The notes beneath the pieces were generated by a model, which was not told the origin of the DNA, did not search any database, and worked only from the letters and a program-made list of their open reading frames with translations. From the NCBI GenBank assembly GCA_963674945.2, contig CAXXWQ010000004.1, positions 352,001 to 416,000 of the forward strand: a stretch of DNA of 64,000 nt, given 5' to 3'. A program made the position numbers and the translations under genes. This stretch comes from an uncultured Desulfosarcina sp. Its GTDB lineage: Bacteria; Desulfobacterota; Desulfobacteria; Desulfobacterales; Desulfosarcinaceae. Shown here piece after piece: positions 42,155 through 51,988 of this stretch; within the stretch, counting starts at the first letter, position 1; every line of letters starts with the position of its first letter.

Positions 42155-43915
42155 TTACCGGGGCCGTTCAGGGGCTTTTATATCCACACGCAAACCCCGA
42201 AGCCGGTGGATTGCCCCTGCCAATTCCAAAGATCGGGGCAACGCGAGAAAAACAGAGCGTTCGTCCCCTTTGCACAGATCATCGAGCCCTTTTTCCTGAA
42301 TCTGTCTGAACAGGCAAAGAGCCAGTTCGGAAGGAGAAAGCAGGGCATCCGAAAATTTCTTCCTGGCCAAAACCAATGCATAGCCGATGGCGAGGAGCTG
42401 ATGGGGATCGACCAGGGAAGCGAGTTTCGAAAGGTCCAGCAGTTCATCACCGTATTCCAAGACCTTGTCCTGCAGGCGGAGCGGTTTGATTCTCACGGCG
42501 ACGGTCCTTGCCAGGCGCCGTGCATGATACGACGGATCAAAATTATCTGCCAGGACCCGCCGGTTGTCGGCGATGACCATGGACCTATCAGGCCGTTGTG
42601 GTTTGGGCAGATCAAGCGCGGCCAACTGTGCCATCATGGAAACGGGTTGATAATACCGCATTGCGATGACTTGTCCGGCGACGCCGAGGTATTGGGAACT
42701 GCCGCCGACGGCGATGAGAGTACTGACACCGTAACGGTCGGCAAGTTCTTGGACACGGTCGAAAAACGGGGTAATGGTCTCTTCCGGTATCAATTTCCGC
42801 ATATGTTGATCTTTTACAAGGAAGTTGGTGGCCGATGAATCCTCGTCCACCAGCAACAGCTTGGCACCGGCAAGCACGGACTCGACGATGGCGGCAGCCT
42901 GGGAAGTGCTCCCGCTGGCGTTGTCAGTCCAAAATTGGGTTGCATCCGCACCACTGGGCAGCTTATGGATAAAGGAGGATATGTCCAATCCGCGAACGGA
43001 TCTTCCCTCTTCGCAGCATACGAAAGCCGCGGCAGAATGAGTGACGACACGCTCTCGGCCATCCCCCGGAATGTGGGGATAAACCCCCTTGGCCAATGCG
43101 TCGAGGAGAGTGGATTTTCCGTGAAAAGCGCCGCCGATGAGGACGCTGACCCCACGCCGGATGCCCATGCCGCGCACCTGGCCGGCATTTGGCAGTTTTA
43201 CGGTAACGGCCAGGGCTTCGGGTGCCGAAAAGGAAATGGCGCCCTTGTCCATGGGTTGTTGCGATATGCCGGATCTTCTGGGCAGAATGGCACCGTCCCC
43301 CACGAAAGCCACAAGCCCCAGTGCATCCAATCGACCCTGAAGCCAGACCATGTCTTCCACGGTGTCACAGTGGCTCCGAATCTTGGACGCCCGACGGACC
43401 GACGCAAACAGGACATCAACGATCCCGGGTATCTCTTGGTCGAACATATGGGATGCCTGTCTTCCGAGGATCCGATTCTCCCTGGAGCCGGGCAAACTGA
43501 TGCGTATGGCGATGTGAACGAATTTTCGGCCGAAGGCGACAACATTGCGCTGTAGCACCTGGGGCGGCAATTGGAGGGGCTGAAAGGAACCGCTACCCAT
43601 GGCCCCCCTGTTCTGGCGCGCATGTTTTTCGACACCGCGGAAAACGGCCCGCAGCAGGTAATCCGCCGTGGCCATTCTTCGCGGTGCATTTTGCAGACAC
43701 GAAGCGGCCAGGCCAAGTTGAGCATACGAAAATCGAAGATGGCAGACCGATGCGGGATTGGCACCGGGACTGCCCTGGATGTGAATGAACCGAAGCGTAT
43801 ATCTACGGCAAGAAAAAACCCGGTCCAGCAGGCCTCCGTAATCGCCAAACTGTTTTCCCTCGAGGGTCTTGAGCAGGAAAACCAACTCTTTCATGGGGCG
43901 GGATGATGTGGACAT
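42155..43915 (-). CDS. ABC-class ATPase domain protein (P-loop NTPase)
   Basis: GAILPRRSG, GGAFHGKSTLL, HIPGDGRE, NASGSTSQAA, LLVDEDSSATNF. Confidence 0.88.
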   Translation of the reverse strand: MSTSSRPMKELVFLLKTLEGKQFGDYGGLLDRVFSCRRYTLRFIHIQGSPGANPASVCHLRFSYAQLGLAASCLQNAPRRMATADYLLRAVFRGVEKHARQNRGAMGSGSFQPLQLPPQVLQRNVVAFGRKFVHIAIRISLPGSRENRILGRQASHMFDQEIPGIVDVLFASVRRASKIRSHCDTVEDMVWLQGRLDALGLVAFVGDGAILPRRSGISQQPMDKGAISFSAPEALAVTVKLPNAGQVRGMGIRRGVSVLIGGAFHGKSTLLDALAKGVYPHIPGDGRERVVTHSAAAFVCCEEGRSVRGLDISSFIHKLPSGADATQFWTDNASGSTSQAAAIVESVLAGAKLLLVDEDSSATNFLVKDQHMRKLIPEETITPFFDRVQELADRYGVSTLIAVGGSSQYLGVAGQVIAMRYYQPVSMMAQLAALDLPKPQRPDRSMVIADNRRVLADNFDPSYHARRLARTVAVRIKPLRLQDKVLEYGDELLDLSKLASLVDPHQLLAIGYALVLARKKFSDALLSPSELALCLFRQIQEKGLDDLCKGDERSVFLALPRSLELAGAIHRLRGLRVDIKAPERPR

Positions 43916-44183
43916 CGCCTTATCCCTTTATACGAAATTTTTGTCCTCTACACTGTTACCATGTAATGCGACAACCATAACCAATGCAAGAGAAAGAACA
44001 CCACCGGGTGCGGCAACGGCCTACCGTTTGAGATTGCCCTGTTACACCATGGTGGTACCACCCATGGGTCGATTATGGTATTGGTGGATCATCGGAGTCA
44101 ATAACACGATAAAATGTTTGTTTGCCTAATCCCCATCCTTTCTTTTACAATTAATAGATAATCAAATCACAGGAGGAACCTTC

Positions 44184-44636
44184 GTGAAAAAGATCGCTCT
44201 CGTTTTTCTGTTCAGCATGTGCATGGCCGGTACGGCAATTGCCCAGGGTGGACTGGTCAGTGTGAGAAGCAACCACAGTGTGCTGGTCACGGCAAACCGA
44301 CTAGAGAAGGCATTGAAGGAAAGAGAGATCACCGTGTTCGCACGAATCGACCATGCAAAAGGCGCCGATCGCATCGGGCAGCCCCTGGCGCCCACGTTAC
44401 TCGTCATTTTCGGAAGCCCTGCCATGGGTACGCCACTGATCCAGCGCAGCCGAACCATCGGTATCGATTTACCCTTGAAGGCCTTGATCTGGGAAGACCG
44501 TGCCGGACAGGTCTGGTTCACCTACAATACGCCGGATTACCTGACACATCGCCACGGGATCACCGAAATGGGGCCGCTTGTGGAAAAATTGGAACAAGCC
44601 CTGGCCGGCTTCGCCGCCGCAGCCACCCAGCCTTGA
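44184..44636 (+). CDS. DUF302 domain protein with signal peptide
   Basis: VFARIDHAKGA, IFGSPAMGTPL, IGIDLPLKALIWED. Confidence 0.9.
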   Translation: MKKIALVFLFSMCMAGTAIAQGGLVSVRSNHSVLVTANRLEKALKEREITVFARIDHAKGADRIGQPLAPTLLVIFGSPAMGTPLIQRSRTIGIDLPLKALIWEDRAGQVWFTYNTPDYLTHRHGITEMGPLVEKLEQALAGFAAAATQP

Positions 44637-44645
44637 TGGTGCAGC

Positions 44646-47633
44646 GTGAACCGAAGCTCTTTTACCAACTATTTGCATCGAATCATCCATCGGCCCGCCT
44701 GGGTATTGGTACCCTGCGGCCTGATCACGCTCTTTTTCATCTGGCAGCTTCCCAAGCTCTCCTTTACCACATCCGTGTACGATCTCATCATCGAAGAGAT
44801 GGATGAATCGATTCGATACGACCAATTTTTGGCCCGGTTCGGCTCCGATGAAATCATACGAATCGTGGTGAAGGCCGACGATATCCTCGACCCGGCCACC
44901 TTTGCCAAGATCACCCAATTGTCCGATGCGGCAGCGCAGATCGACGGGGTGATCCGTGTAATCAGCCTGCCGGAGGTAAAGAAAAGTGTCGATCCGAAAA
45001 ACCAGTGGACAATGACCCAATTCGCATCGATGCTGATACCGGTTGAATTGTTCCACCGCAATCTGATTGCAGAAGATGGCAGAACCACCATCATCACACT
45101 GGTACTGGATGCCAGCACAAACAAGGACGATGCCATTTTCGCCGTCGAAGCGCTTTTTCGAACGACAGGCAAAGACCTGCGCCTCTATCAGACCGGCATG
45201 CCGCTGGTCTCGGAAGCGCTGGCGGCATACACGCGGCAGGACTTTTTCCACCTGACACCCATTACCATGGGGGTTATCGCCCTTCTCTTGACGGTGCTGT
45301 TCAGAAACCCCCAGTGCCTGGTTCTCCCCCTATCCTGTGTTACCCTGGCAATCTGCTGGACCTTCGGCCTGATGGCCACATGCGGTATTTCCGTCTCCAT
45401 GCTCACCATCATCGTTCCGGTCTTCCTGATCGCCGTGGGAACAGCCTATTGCCTGCATATCGCAAGCGAATATCTCCAACATGCAGCAAGCGGTGAATCG
45501 GCCCGTACCGCCGTGTTGACCACCTTCGACCGTCTTGCCTTTCCCGTCACGCTGGCCGTGGCCACCACCATATTCGGACTCGGCTCCCTAATCATCAATC
45601 GCATCGTCGCCATACAGGAATTCGCCATTTTCGCCGGTTTCGGCATGGTCAGCATGCTGATCATCGTTCTCACCTTTTTCCCGGCCATGCTCGCCTGCTT
45701 GCCGGCGCCCAACAGGATGAATACCGGCCAATCCTTCATCGATCGAAGTTGCAACCGATTGATAAAAACGATCGTCAACATAAATCTCAGGTATCGCAAA
45801 GCGACACTGATGGTCATGGGTGCCGTGTCCATCATCTGCGCGTTGGGCATGCTGCGGGTCCGCGTGGAAACCAATCCGGTGGCGTTTTTCAAGAGTGACA
45901 CAGAGGTGAGAAAAAACTTCACCGACTGCCACCGACACATGTCGGGAAGCTTTCCCATCAATGTGGTCATGTCCGCATCCGAGTCCGATTACTTTGAAAA
46001 TCCAGAAAACGTGGCCGCCATCGAAAGATTCCAAACATATCTGGACCGACTGCCCGGTGTGGACAAAACCATCTCTCTAGCCGACTACCTCAAGTTGGTA
46101 AACTACACCGTCAATGGATTCGATTCCCGTTTTTATACGCTCCCGCAAGAGGGTTATGAGCTTAGAATGTTGATGAACAATTTCAAGGTCCTTTTGGGAA
46201 ACGACCTGCTCAAACGATTCCTCAGCGCCGGCTACGACAAGGCCAACATTCTGATGCTGACCCACATTGCCAGTTCACGGCTTTTCCACGATACCCAGCA
46301 GCGGATACATACCCATGCAAAAAATGCCTTTCCCGATGACATTTCCGTGGATGTTACCGGCTTAGGGATTGTCATCGCCGCATCGAGCCACCTATTGACA
46401 TTGGGACAGATCAAGAGCCTTGCCATCTCCCTCGTTCTGATATTTTCCGTGATGGTACTTCTGTTTCTCTCCGGAAAAGTGGGCCTCATCGCAGTGGTTC
46501 CCAACCTGTTTCCCATCGTGGTGAATTTCGGCCTCATGGGTTTTTTGGACATTCCGCTGTCGGTGGCCACCAGCCTGATCGCCAGTGTGGCCATCGGTTT
46601 GGCCGTGGACGACACCATCCATTACCTCGTGCGCTACAACACGGAATTCAAGAAGGACTTGAACAAGGATCGGGCCATGCGGGAGACCCTCATGAGCGTG
46701 GGAAGGCCCATCGTGTTTACCTCGCTGACCATCAGTCTGGGATTTTCCGTTCTGATCTTCTCCCATTTTCAACCCACTGCCATCTTCGGTTTCCTAATGG
46801 TCGTAACCATGGTGTCTGCGCTTCTCGCCGATTTAATGCTGTTGCCGACCCTGATGATGCGCGTGGAATTGGTAACAGCATGGGATCTTCTGAAAATGAT
46901 GCCATCCTCCGGTGGCATTTCGCCGGCCACGGTCCATGAACTGAACCAGCCCCTTAATGCCATCAAGGTCGGGTCCGATTTTCTTACCATGATGGCACGG
47001 CAAGAAAAGCCACCGAGCCCGTCCCATCTGTCCAATGTCGCCCGGGAAATCGGCAATCAGGTCGCTAGGGCATCCCGGATTATCCAGCGATTGAGTGAAA
47101 TCGGACAGACACGGGGATTGGAAAAGGCCCCCCTTCAGGTCATCAAACCCATCAAGGATACACTGGCCGTGTTCGAAAACCAGTTGAAGCTGGAATCCAT
47201 CGGGCTGGATCTTTTCATCCAGCCCGAATTGCCGCCCATACGGGGTCATCGGAATCGTCTGGTTCAGGTTTTATGCAACCTTCTGGAAAATGCCAGAGAG
47301 GCCATCGCAGTCAGGAAGAACGCCGATGAAACGGAAAACAACGGCCATCGGATCACCATCGCGGCAAGAGAACAGAGCGGATCGGTTGTGATCACCGTCC
47401 GCGATACCGGTGCAGGCATTGCCGCCCACCACCTGCACCGCATCTTCGAGCCCTTCTTTACCACCAAATCCGATGGCCAGGGAAAGGGCCTGGGACTTTC
47501 CATCTGCCATGAAATCGTCCGGGACATGGGCGGCCGCATCACCGTGGAAAGCGATCCGGGGAATGAAACAACCGTGACGTTGATTTTTCCGGCCATCGCG
47601 TCAACCTTGCATTCGGGTGGACAAATAAAGTAG
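44646..47633 (+). CDS. MMPL/RND-family membrane protein fused to a histidine kinase (HisKA + HATPase)
   Basis: Two MMPL-like TM repeats (GMPLV..AVGTAYCLH; GLAVDDTIH); C-terminal [36 protein letters not shown]. Confidence 0.88.
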   Translation: MNRSSFTNYLHRIIHRPAWVLVPCGLITLFFIWQLPKLSFTTSVYDLIIEEMDESIRYDQFLARFGSDEIIRIVVKADDILDPATFAKITQLSDAAAQIDGVIRVISLPEVKKSVDPKNQWTMTQFASMLIPVELFHRNLIAEDGRTTIITLVLDASTNKDDAIFAVEALFRTTGKDLRLYQTGMPLVSEALAAYTRQDFFHLTPITMGVIALLLTVLFRNPQCLVLPLSCVTLAICWTFGLMATCGISVSMLTIIVPVFLIAVGTAYCLHIASEYLQHAASGESARTAVLTTFDRLAFPVTLAVATTIFGLGSLIINRIVAIQEFAIFAGFGMVSMLIIVLTFFPAMLACLPAPNRMNTGQSFIDRSCNRLIKTIVNINLRYRKATLMVMGAVSIICALGMLRVRVETNPVAFFKSDTEVRKNFTDCHRHMSGSFPINVVMSASESDYFENPENVAAIERFQTYLDRLPGVDKTISLADYLKLVNYTVNGFDSRFYTLPQEGYELRMLMNNFKVLLGNDLLKRFLSAGYDKANILMLTHIASSRLFHDTQQRIHTHAKNAFPDDISVDVTGLGIVIAASSHLLTLGQIKSLAISLVLIFSVMVLLFLSGKVGLIAVVPNLFPIVVNFGLMGFLDIPLSVATSLIASVAIGLAVDDTIHYLVRYNTEFKKDLNKDRAMRETLMSVGRPIVFTSLTISLGFSVLIFSHFQPTAIFGFLMVVTMVSALLADLMLLPTLMMRVELVTAWDLLKMMPSSGGISPATVHELNQPLNAIKVGSDFLTMMARQEKPPSPSHLSNVAREIGNQVARASRIIQRLSEIGQTRGLEKAPLQVIKPIKDTLAVFENQLKLESIGLDLFIQPELPPIRGHRNRLVQVLCNLLENAREAIAVRKNADETENNGHRITIAAREQSGSVVITVRDTGAGIAAHHLHRIFEPFFTTKSDGQGKGLGLSICHEIVRDMGGRITVESDPGNETTVTLIFPAIASTLHSGGQIK

Positions 47634-47760
47634 AGTGATTTTTATTCACTACGTAACATAGATTGCTGAAATCGAACTTCCAAGGAAGAAGTTCGCGATA
47701 GACAATAAAAGACTTCTTACGAAGCCGACACAATTGCAGGGAAACAGGGAGGGCTGGCAC

Positions 47761-48699
47761 ATGTCCAAGACCTTGTACTGGATTCATGGAGGAAGCTGCG
47801 GTGGAGACACCTGGTCCCTTATGAATTCGGATACTCCCAACCCCATCGAGATGTTCGCGGCATCCGACATCCATCTGCTCTGGCACCAGTCCCTCACCAG
47901 CCTCTCCCCCCAAGGGCTATCAAAACTGAATCGGGACATCCTGTCTGGCCATCAGGACCTGGATATTTTGTGCGTAGAAGGATCCATCATCAGCGGCCCC
48001 GACGGTACGGGCCGATTCGATATGCTGCCGGAAGGCCCCAAGAAGAATTTCATCCATGATCTGGCCATGCGGGCCCGCGTGGTCCTTGCCGTGGGAACCT
48101 GCGCCAGTTTCGGCGGCATCGGTGCCGACAGCGAAATCATGGCAGGTGGCCTTCAGTTCAACAAATGGGAAATGGGTGGGCTGTTGGGGAAAGACTTCGT
48201 TTCCGCCGGCGGTTACCCGGTCATCAATCTGCCCGGATGCCCCTGTCACTGCGATGTCGTGGTGGGCACGCTGTCGGCCATCGCCGACGATGTGCCCGTA
48301 TCACTGGGCCACTACAACACACCGACGGACTGGTACGGCATGATGGTACACCAAGGGTGCACGAGAAACGAATACCACGAGTATCGCGTCGAGGAGAAGC
48401 GTTTCGGCGAACGTGGATGTCTCTTTTTTTACATGGGCTGCCACGGTCCCCTGGCCACCGGCCCTTGCAACAAGGCCCTTTGGAACCGACGTTCCTCCAA
48501 AACACGGGTCGGAGTGCCATGTTTCGGCTGCACGCGTCCGGATTTTCCCCAGCAATACCCCTTTTTCGAGACACGCAACATCGAGGGCATCCCCATAGAG
48601 CTGCCCGACGGGGTGAGCCGCGCCCATTACATGGCCTACAAGGGGATGGCCGCAGCCGCGGCACCCAGGCGGCTGCTGGAAAGGAAAACCAACATCTAA
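47761..48699 (+). CDS. Cytoplasmic [NiFe]-hydrogenase small subunit, sensory HupU/HoxB-like
   Basis: WIHGGSCGGD, LCVEGS, AVGTCASFGGI, NLPGCPCH, HQGCTRNEY, GC..MGC.GP, PCFGC; no Tat signal. Confidence 0.88.
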   Translation: MSKTLYWIHGGSCGGDTWSLMNSDTPNPIEMFAASDIHLLWHQSLTSLSPQGLSKLNRDILSGHQDLDILCVEGSIISGPDGTGRFDMLPEGPKKNFIHDLAMRARVVLAVGTCASFGGIGADSEIMAGGLQFNKWEMGGLLGKDFVSAGGYPVINLPGCPCHCDVVVGTLSAIADDVPVSLGHYNTPTDWYGMMVHQGCTRNEYHEYRVEEKRFGERGCLFFYMGCHGPLATGPCNKALWNRRSSKTRVGVPCFGCTRPDFPQQYPFFETRNIEGIPIELPDGVSRAHYMAYKGMAAAAAPRRLLERKTNI

Positions 48700-48729
48700 C
48701 ATGAAACCGTTTTTACAACAGGATCGTTC

Positions 48730-50226
48730 ATGGCAGCGATAAAGAAGATCATTCCCATCAATCGTGTGGAAGGAGACCTGGAGATCTACCTGGAACTGGA
48801 CCGGGATAATATCGTTCGGACCGCAAAGAGTGTGGGCACGATGTACCGTGGTATCGAAAATCTCATGTCGGGACGCTCTCCGCTGGACAGCCTGGTCATC
48901 ACGCCCCGCATCTGCGGAATTTGCACCACGTCCCATCTGAATGCCGCCGCAATGGCGCTGGATGCGGCCTATGGTGTTACGATCCCCGCCGATGCACAAC
49001 GGCTGCGCAACGTCACATTGATGGTCGAGCAACTGCAAAACGATCTTCGTCACCTCTTCCTGCTGTTCATGCCCGATTTCACACGCCCCCATTACGCCCA
49101 CCATCCTCTTTTTGAATCGGCCCAACATCGATATCTCCCGTTGAAGGGAAAGACCGCCATTGCAACCATTCGAGAGACGCAGAATCTGATCGAAATCATC
49201 GCCATCCTGGGAGGACAATGGCCTCACTCCTCTTTCATGGTTCCCGGTGGTGTGGTCTCCGTTCCCAACCGGAGCGACATTGCACAGTGCCGGCAAATCT
49301 TGACCCGGTTTCGCAGATGGTATGAAAAAAGGATACTCGGTTGCAGTATCGATCGGTGGAAGACGATCCGGAACGAGGAACAGCTACAAGCGTGGCTGGA
49401 CGAAAAAGAACAGCACAAGAACGGGGAACTGGGTTTTCTCACCCGAATCTGTCTCGACAGCAGACTCCACAAGATCGGCCGCAGCCACGACAGATTCATC
49501 AGCGCCGGAGGCCCCGAACTGCCAACCGATGACGGGAATCTAACGCCCCTGTTTCCCGCCGGTGTGGTCTCCATGGAAGGCACCGAGCCCTTGGATCTGG
49601 AAATGATCACCGAAGACGTCAGCCACTCTTTTTTCAAAGATACCGATGGTCATCCCTTCGTCAGCCGAACCATCGCCGATACCCACACGACCGACGAAGA
49701 AAAATACTCCTGGGCCAAAGCCCCTCGATACAAAGGCAAAGCCGCCGAAACCGGCCCCTTGGCCGACCTTCTCATGGCAGACGATCCTCTTTTCGCCTCC
49801 TGGGTACGCTGCCATGGTGCAAGTGTCTTCGTTCGAGAGCTTGCCAGGATGGTACGACCGGCCCTGACCCTTCCCGTAATCGAACAATCCCTGGCCGGGA
49901 TGGACCATGCCGATGCCAGATTTTACACCGACTCTCTTAAACCACTGTCGGCGAAAAGCGTCGGCACCGTTTCGGCCCCGCGGGGTATGCTGGGCCATTG
50001 GTTGGTCATTGAAAACGGAAAAATCGCCAACTACCAGGTGATTACTCCCACGACCTGGAATGGTTCGCCTCGGGACAAGGCGGGTATCTGCGGACCGTGG
50101 GAACAGGCGATCACAGGAACGCGGGTAGATGATCCCGACAACCCGGTAGAGGTGGAACAGATCGTTCGATCCTTCGACCCTTGCATGGTGTGTACCGTTC
50201 ATGCGATTCAAATGTCTTCAAGGTGA
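48730..50226 (+). CDS. [NiFe]-hydrogenase large subunit, sensory HupV/HoxC-like
   Basis: NRVEGD, L1 PRICGICTTSH, GGQWPH, YSWAKAPRY, APRG.LGHW, L2 SFDPCMVCTVH followed by only 7 residues. Confidence 0.92.
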   Translation: MAAIKKIIPINRVEGDLEIYLELDRDNIVRTAKSVGTMYRGIENLMSGRSPLDSLVITPRICGICTTSHLNAAAMALDAAYGVTIPADAQRLRNVTLMVEQLQNDLRHLFLLFMPDFTRPHYAHHPLFESAQHRYLPLKGKTAIATIRETQNLIEIIAILGGQWPHSSFMVPGGVVSVPNRSDIAQCRQILTRFRRWYEKRILGCSIDRWKTIRNEEQLQAWLDEKEQHKNGELGFLTRICLDSRLHKIGRSHDRFISAGGPELPTDDGNLTPLFPAGVVSMEGTEPLDLEMITEDVSHSFFKDTDGHPFVSRTIADTHTTDEEKYSWAKAPRYKGKAAETGPLADLLMADDPLFASWVRCHGASVFVRELARMVRPALTLPVIEQSLAGMDHADARFYTDSLKPLSAKSVGTVSAPRGMLGHWLVIENGKIANYQVITPTTWNGSPRDKAGICGPWEQAITGTRVDDPDNPVEVEQIVRSFDPCMVCTVHAIQMSSR

Positions 50227-50232
50227 AGTAAC

Positions 50233-51558
50233 ATGGTGCATGCGTCCAACATCCCCATTCAAATCCAGATGCCGATGCGAACCACCTATCGATGGCCCAA
50301 CCGCTGTCGGTATTGCCAGGATCGCGAAAATTGTCCGGTACAGGATTTGGTGATGGAAAACGAGATTCTCAAAGAGGAAATCCGGGTCTCCCGGGAATCT
50401 GCAGAGATTACTGCAAGCCTGGTGGTCAAACAATTCGAAGCCACTGAACGGATTTTGCATCGCTATCAGGTAGCCGAAGAGAAGTACCGCAGCCTGTTCG
50501 ACAGCGGCCCCAACCCGATTTTCGTGCTCGAACCCACCGATCAGCGGATCCTGGACGTCAACCCGGCGGCACTGGCAGCCTATGGATACACCAAGAAAGA
50601 GCTCTTGGGACGAACATTCGGCGAACTGGGGGAATTCGAGATCCCCGAATTCGGACTGAAATCGGAGGTGCCTTCCGACTGGACCGACGGCTGTGTCATC
50701 CACCAGAAAGCCCGGCACGCGAAAAAAGACGGTACTCCCATCTATATCCGGGTGAAAGCCTGCCCCATTACATACCAGGAGCGGGAGGCGCTGATCGTAG
50801 GTGCCACCGACGTCACCGAGGCCATCGAGAGGGATGCCCAGGTCTTTCAATCCAGCAAAATGCGAACCCTCGGAGAGATGTCCGCCGGAATGGCCCACGA
50901 ATTGACCCAACCGCTCAACGCCATCAAAATCGGCAACGACTACCTGCGGCTGAAAATCCAAAAGGGACAGGAGATATCCAGCAGTGAGATCATCAAAATC
51001 TCCACTGCGGTAGCCGAACAGGTGCAGCGCGCCACGGACATCATCAATCGACTGCGCGCTTTTGGTCGAAAGCCCGATTTCAAGAAACAGCCGCTGAATA
51101 TCAACGACATCGTCAAGAATGTGTTGAAAATTATCGGTAACCAGCTATCGCTGGCCAACATCAATTTGATTTACGATCTTTCGGCGGATCTTCCGCCAAT
51201 CATGGCCAACCCGAATCATCTGGAACAGGTTCTGTTCAACCTGGTGACCAACGCCCGCGATGCCATCGGACAGGAGGCCGAAGATGTCGGGGAAGAACGG
51301 CTCCGGGAACTCATCATCGAGACATATACGGAAAAGGAGATGGTGGTGTGTGCCGTGGCGGATACGGGTGCCGGCATTGCCGATGAAAACCGCGATAAAA
51401 TTTTCGAACCTTTTTTTACGACCAAGGAGGTCGGCAAGGGCATGGGATTGGGGCTTGCCATCACCTATGGCATCGTCCGGGACTACGGCGGGAACATCAT
51501 CGTCAAAAGCAAAGTCGGAAAAGGAACACGGTTCGAATTGCGGTTCCCGAAAGCATAA
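50233..51558 (+). CDS. PAS-domain sensor histidine kinase (cytoplasmic); start uncertain
   Basis: [58 protein letters not shown]. Confidence 0.92.
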   Translation: MVHASNIPIQIQMPMRTTYRWPNRCRYCQDRENCPVQDLVMENEILKEEIRVSRESAEITASLVVKQFEATERILHRYQVAEEKYRSLFDSGPNPIFVLEPTDQRILDVNPAALAAYGYTKKELLGRTFGELGEFEIPEFGLKSEVPSDWTDGCVIHQKARHAKKDGTPIYIRVKACPITYQEREALIVGATDVTEAIERDAQVFQSSKMRTLGEMSAGMAHELTQPLNAIKIGNDYLRLKIQKGQEISSSEIIKISTAVAEQVQRATDIINRLRAFGRKPDFKKQPLNINDIVKNVLKIIGNQLSLANINLIYDLSADLPPIMANPNHLEQVLFNLVTNARDAIGQEAEDVGEERLRELIIETYTEKEMVVCAVADTGAGIADENRDKIFEPFFTTKEVGKGMGLGLAITYGIVRDYGGNIIVKSKVGKGTRFELRFPKA

Positions 51559-51583
51559 CCATATCATTAGGACGATATGCAAT

Positions 51584-51955
51584 ATGACGAAAATTCTCAT
51601 CATCGATGACGAACAACCGTCCCTGCAGATGCTCAAACTCTATCTGGAGGTGTGTGGGCATGAGGTTTTCACGGCCGACAACGAATCCGACGGGATGTCC
51701 CTTTTCGACGTTCATCGCCCGCCCATCGTGCTCACGGATATCAAGATGCCGGGAAAGGACGGCTTTGCCGTGCTGCGGCAGGTCAAGGCCCTTGCACCTG
51801 CAACCCACATCATCGTCATTACCGGCCACGGTGACAGGGACTTGGCAAGGCAAGCCTTTGACTTCGATGCCAGTGCCTTTTTCAATAAGCCGTTGGACAC
51901 AGAGGCCTTGGAAGCCGAAATCAAACGGATCGAAAAGTCCCTGGAAAAAGAGTGA
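51584..51955 (+). CDS. Single-domain response regulator
   Basis: ILIIDDE, LTDIKMPGKDG, ITGHGD, FNKP; 123 aa with no output domain. Confidence 0.9.
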   Translation: MTKILIIDDEQPSLQMLKLYLEVCGHEVFTADNESDGMSLFDVHRPPIVLTDIKMPGKDGFAVLRQVKALAPATHIIVITGHGDRDLARQAFDFDASAFFNKPLDTEALEAEIKRIEKSLEKE

Positions 51956-51988
51956 TTGTCCGGGATTTTTACAAGAGAGAGAAGATGG

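Noticed and set aside
41777..42838. 353-aa plus-strand ORF (and similar long ORFs such as 48301-49296, 44469-45251, 29074-29994)
   Set aside because: Antisense shadows of well-supported genes, with no motifs
44047..44070. Near-palindrome ccatggtggtaccacccatgg in the divergent intergenic region
   Set aside because: Single occurrence with no recognisable regulator consensus
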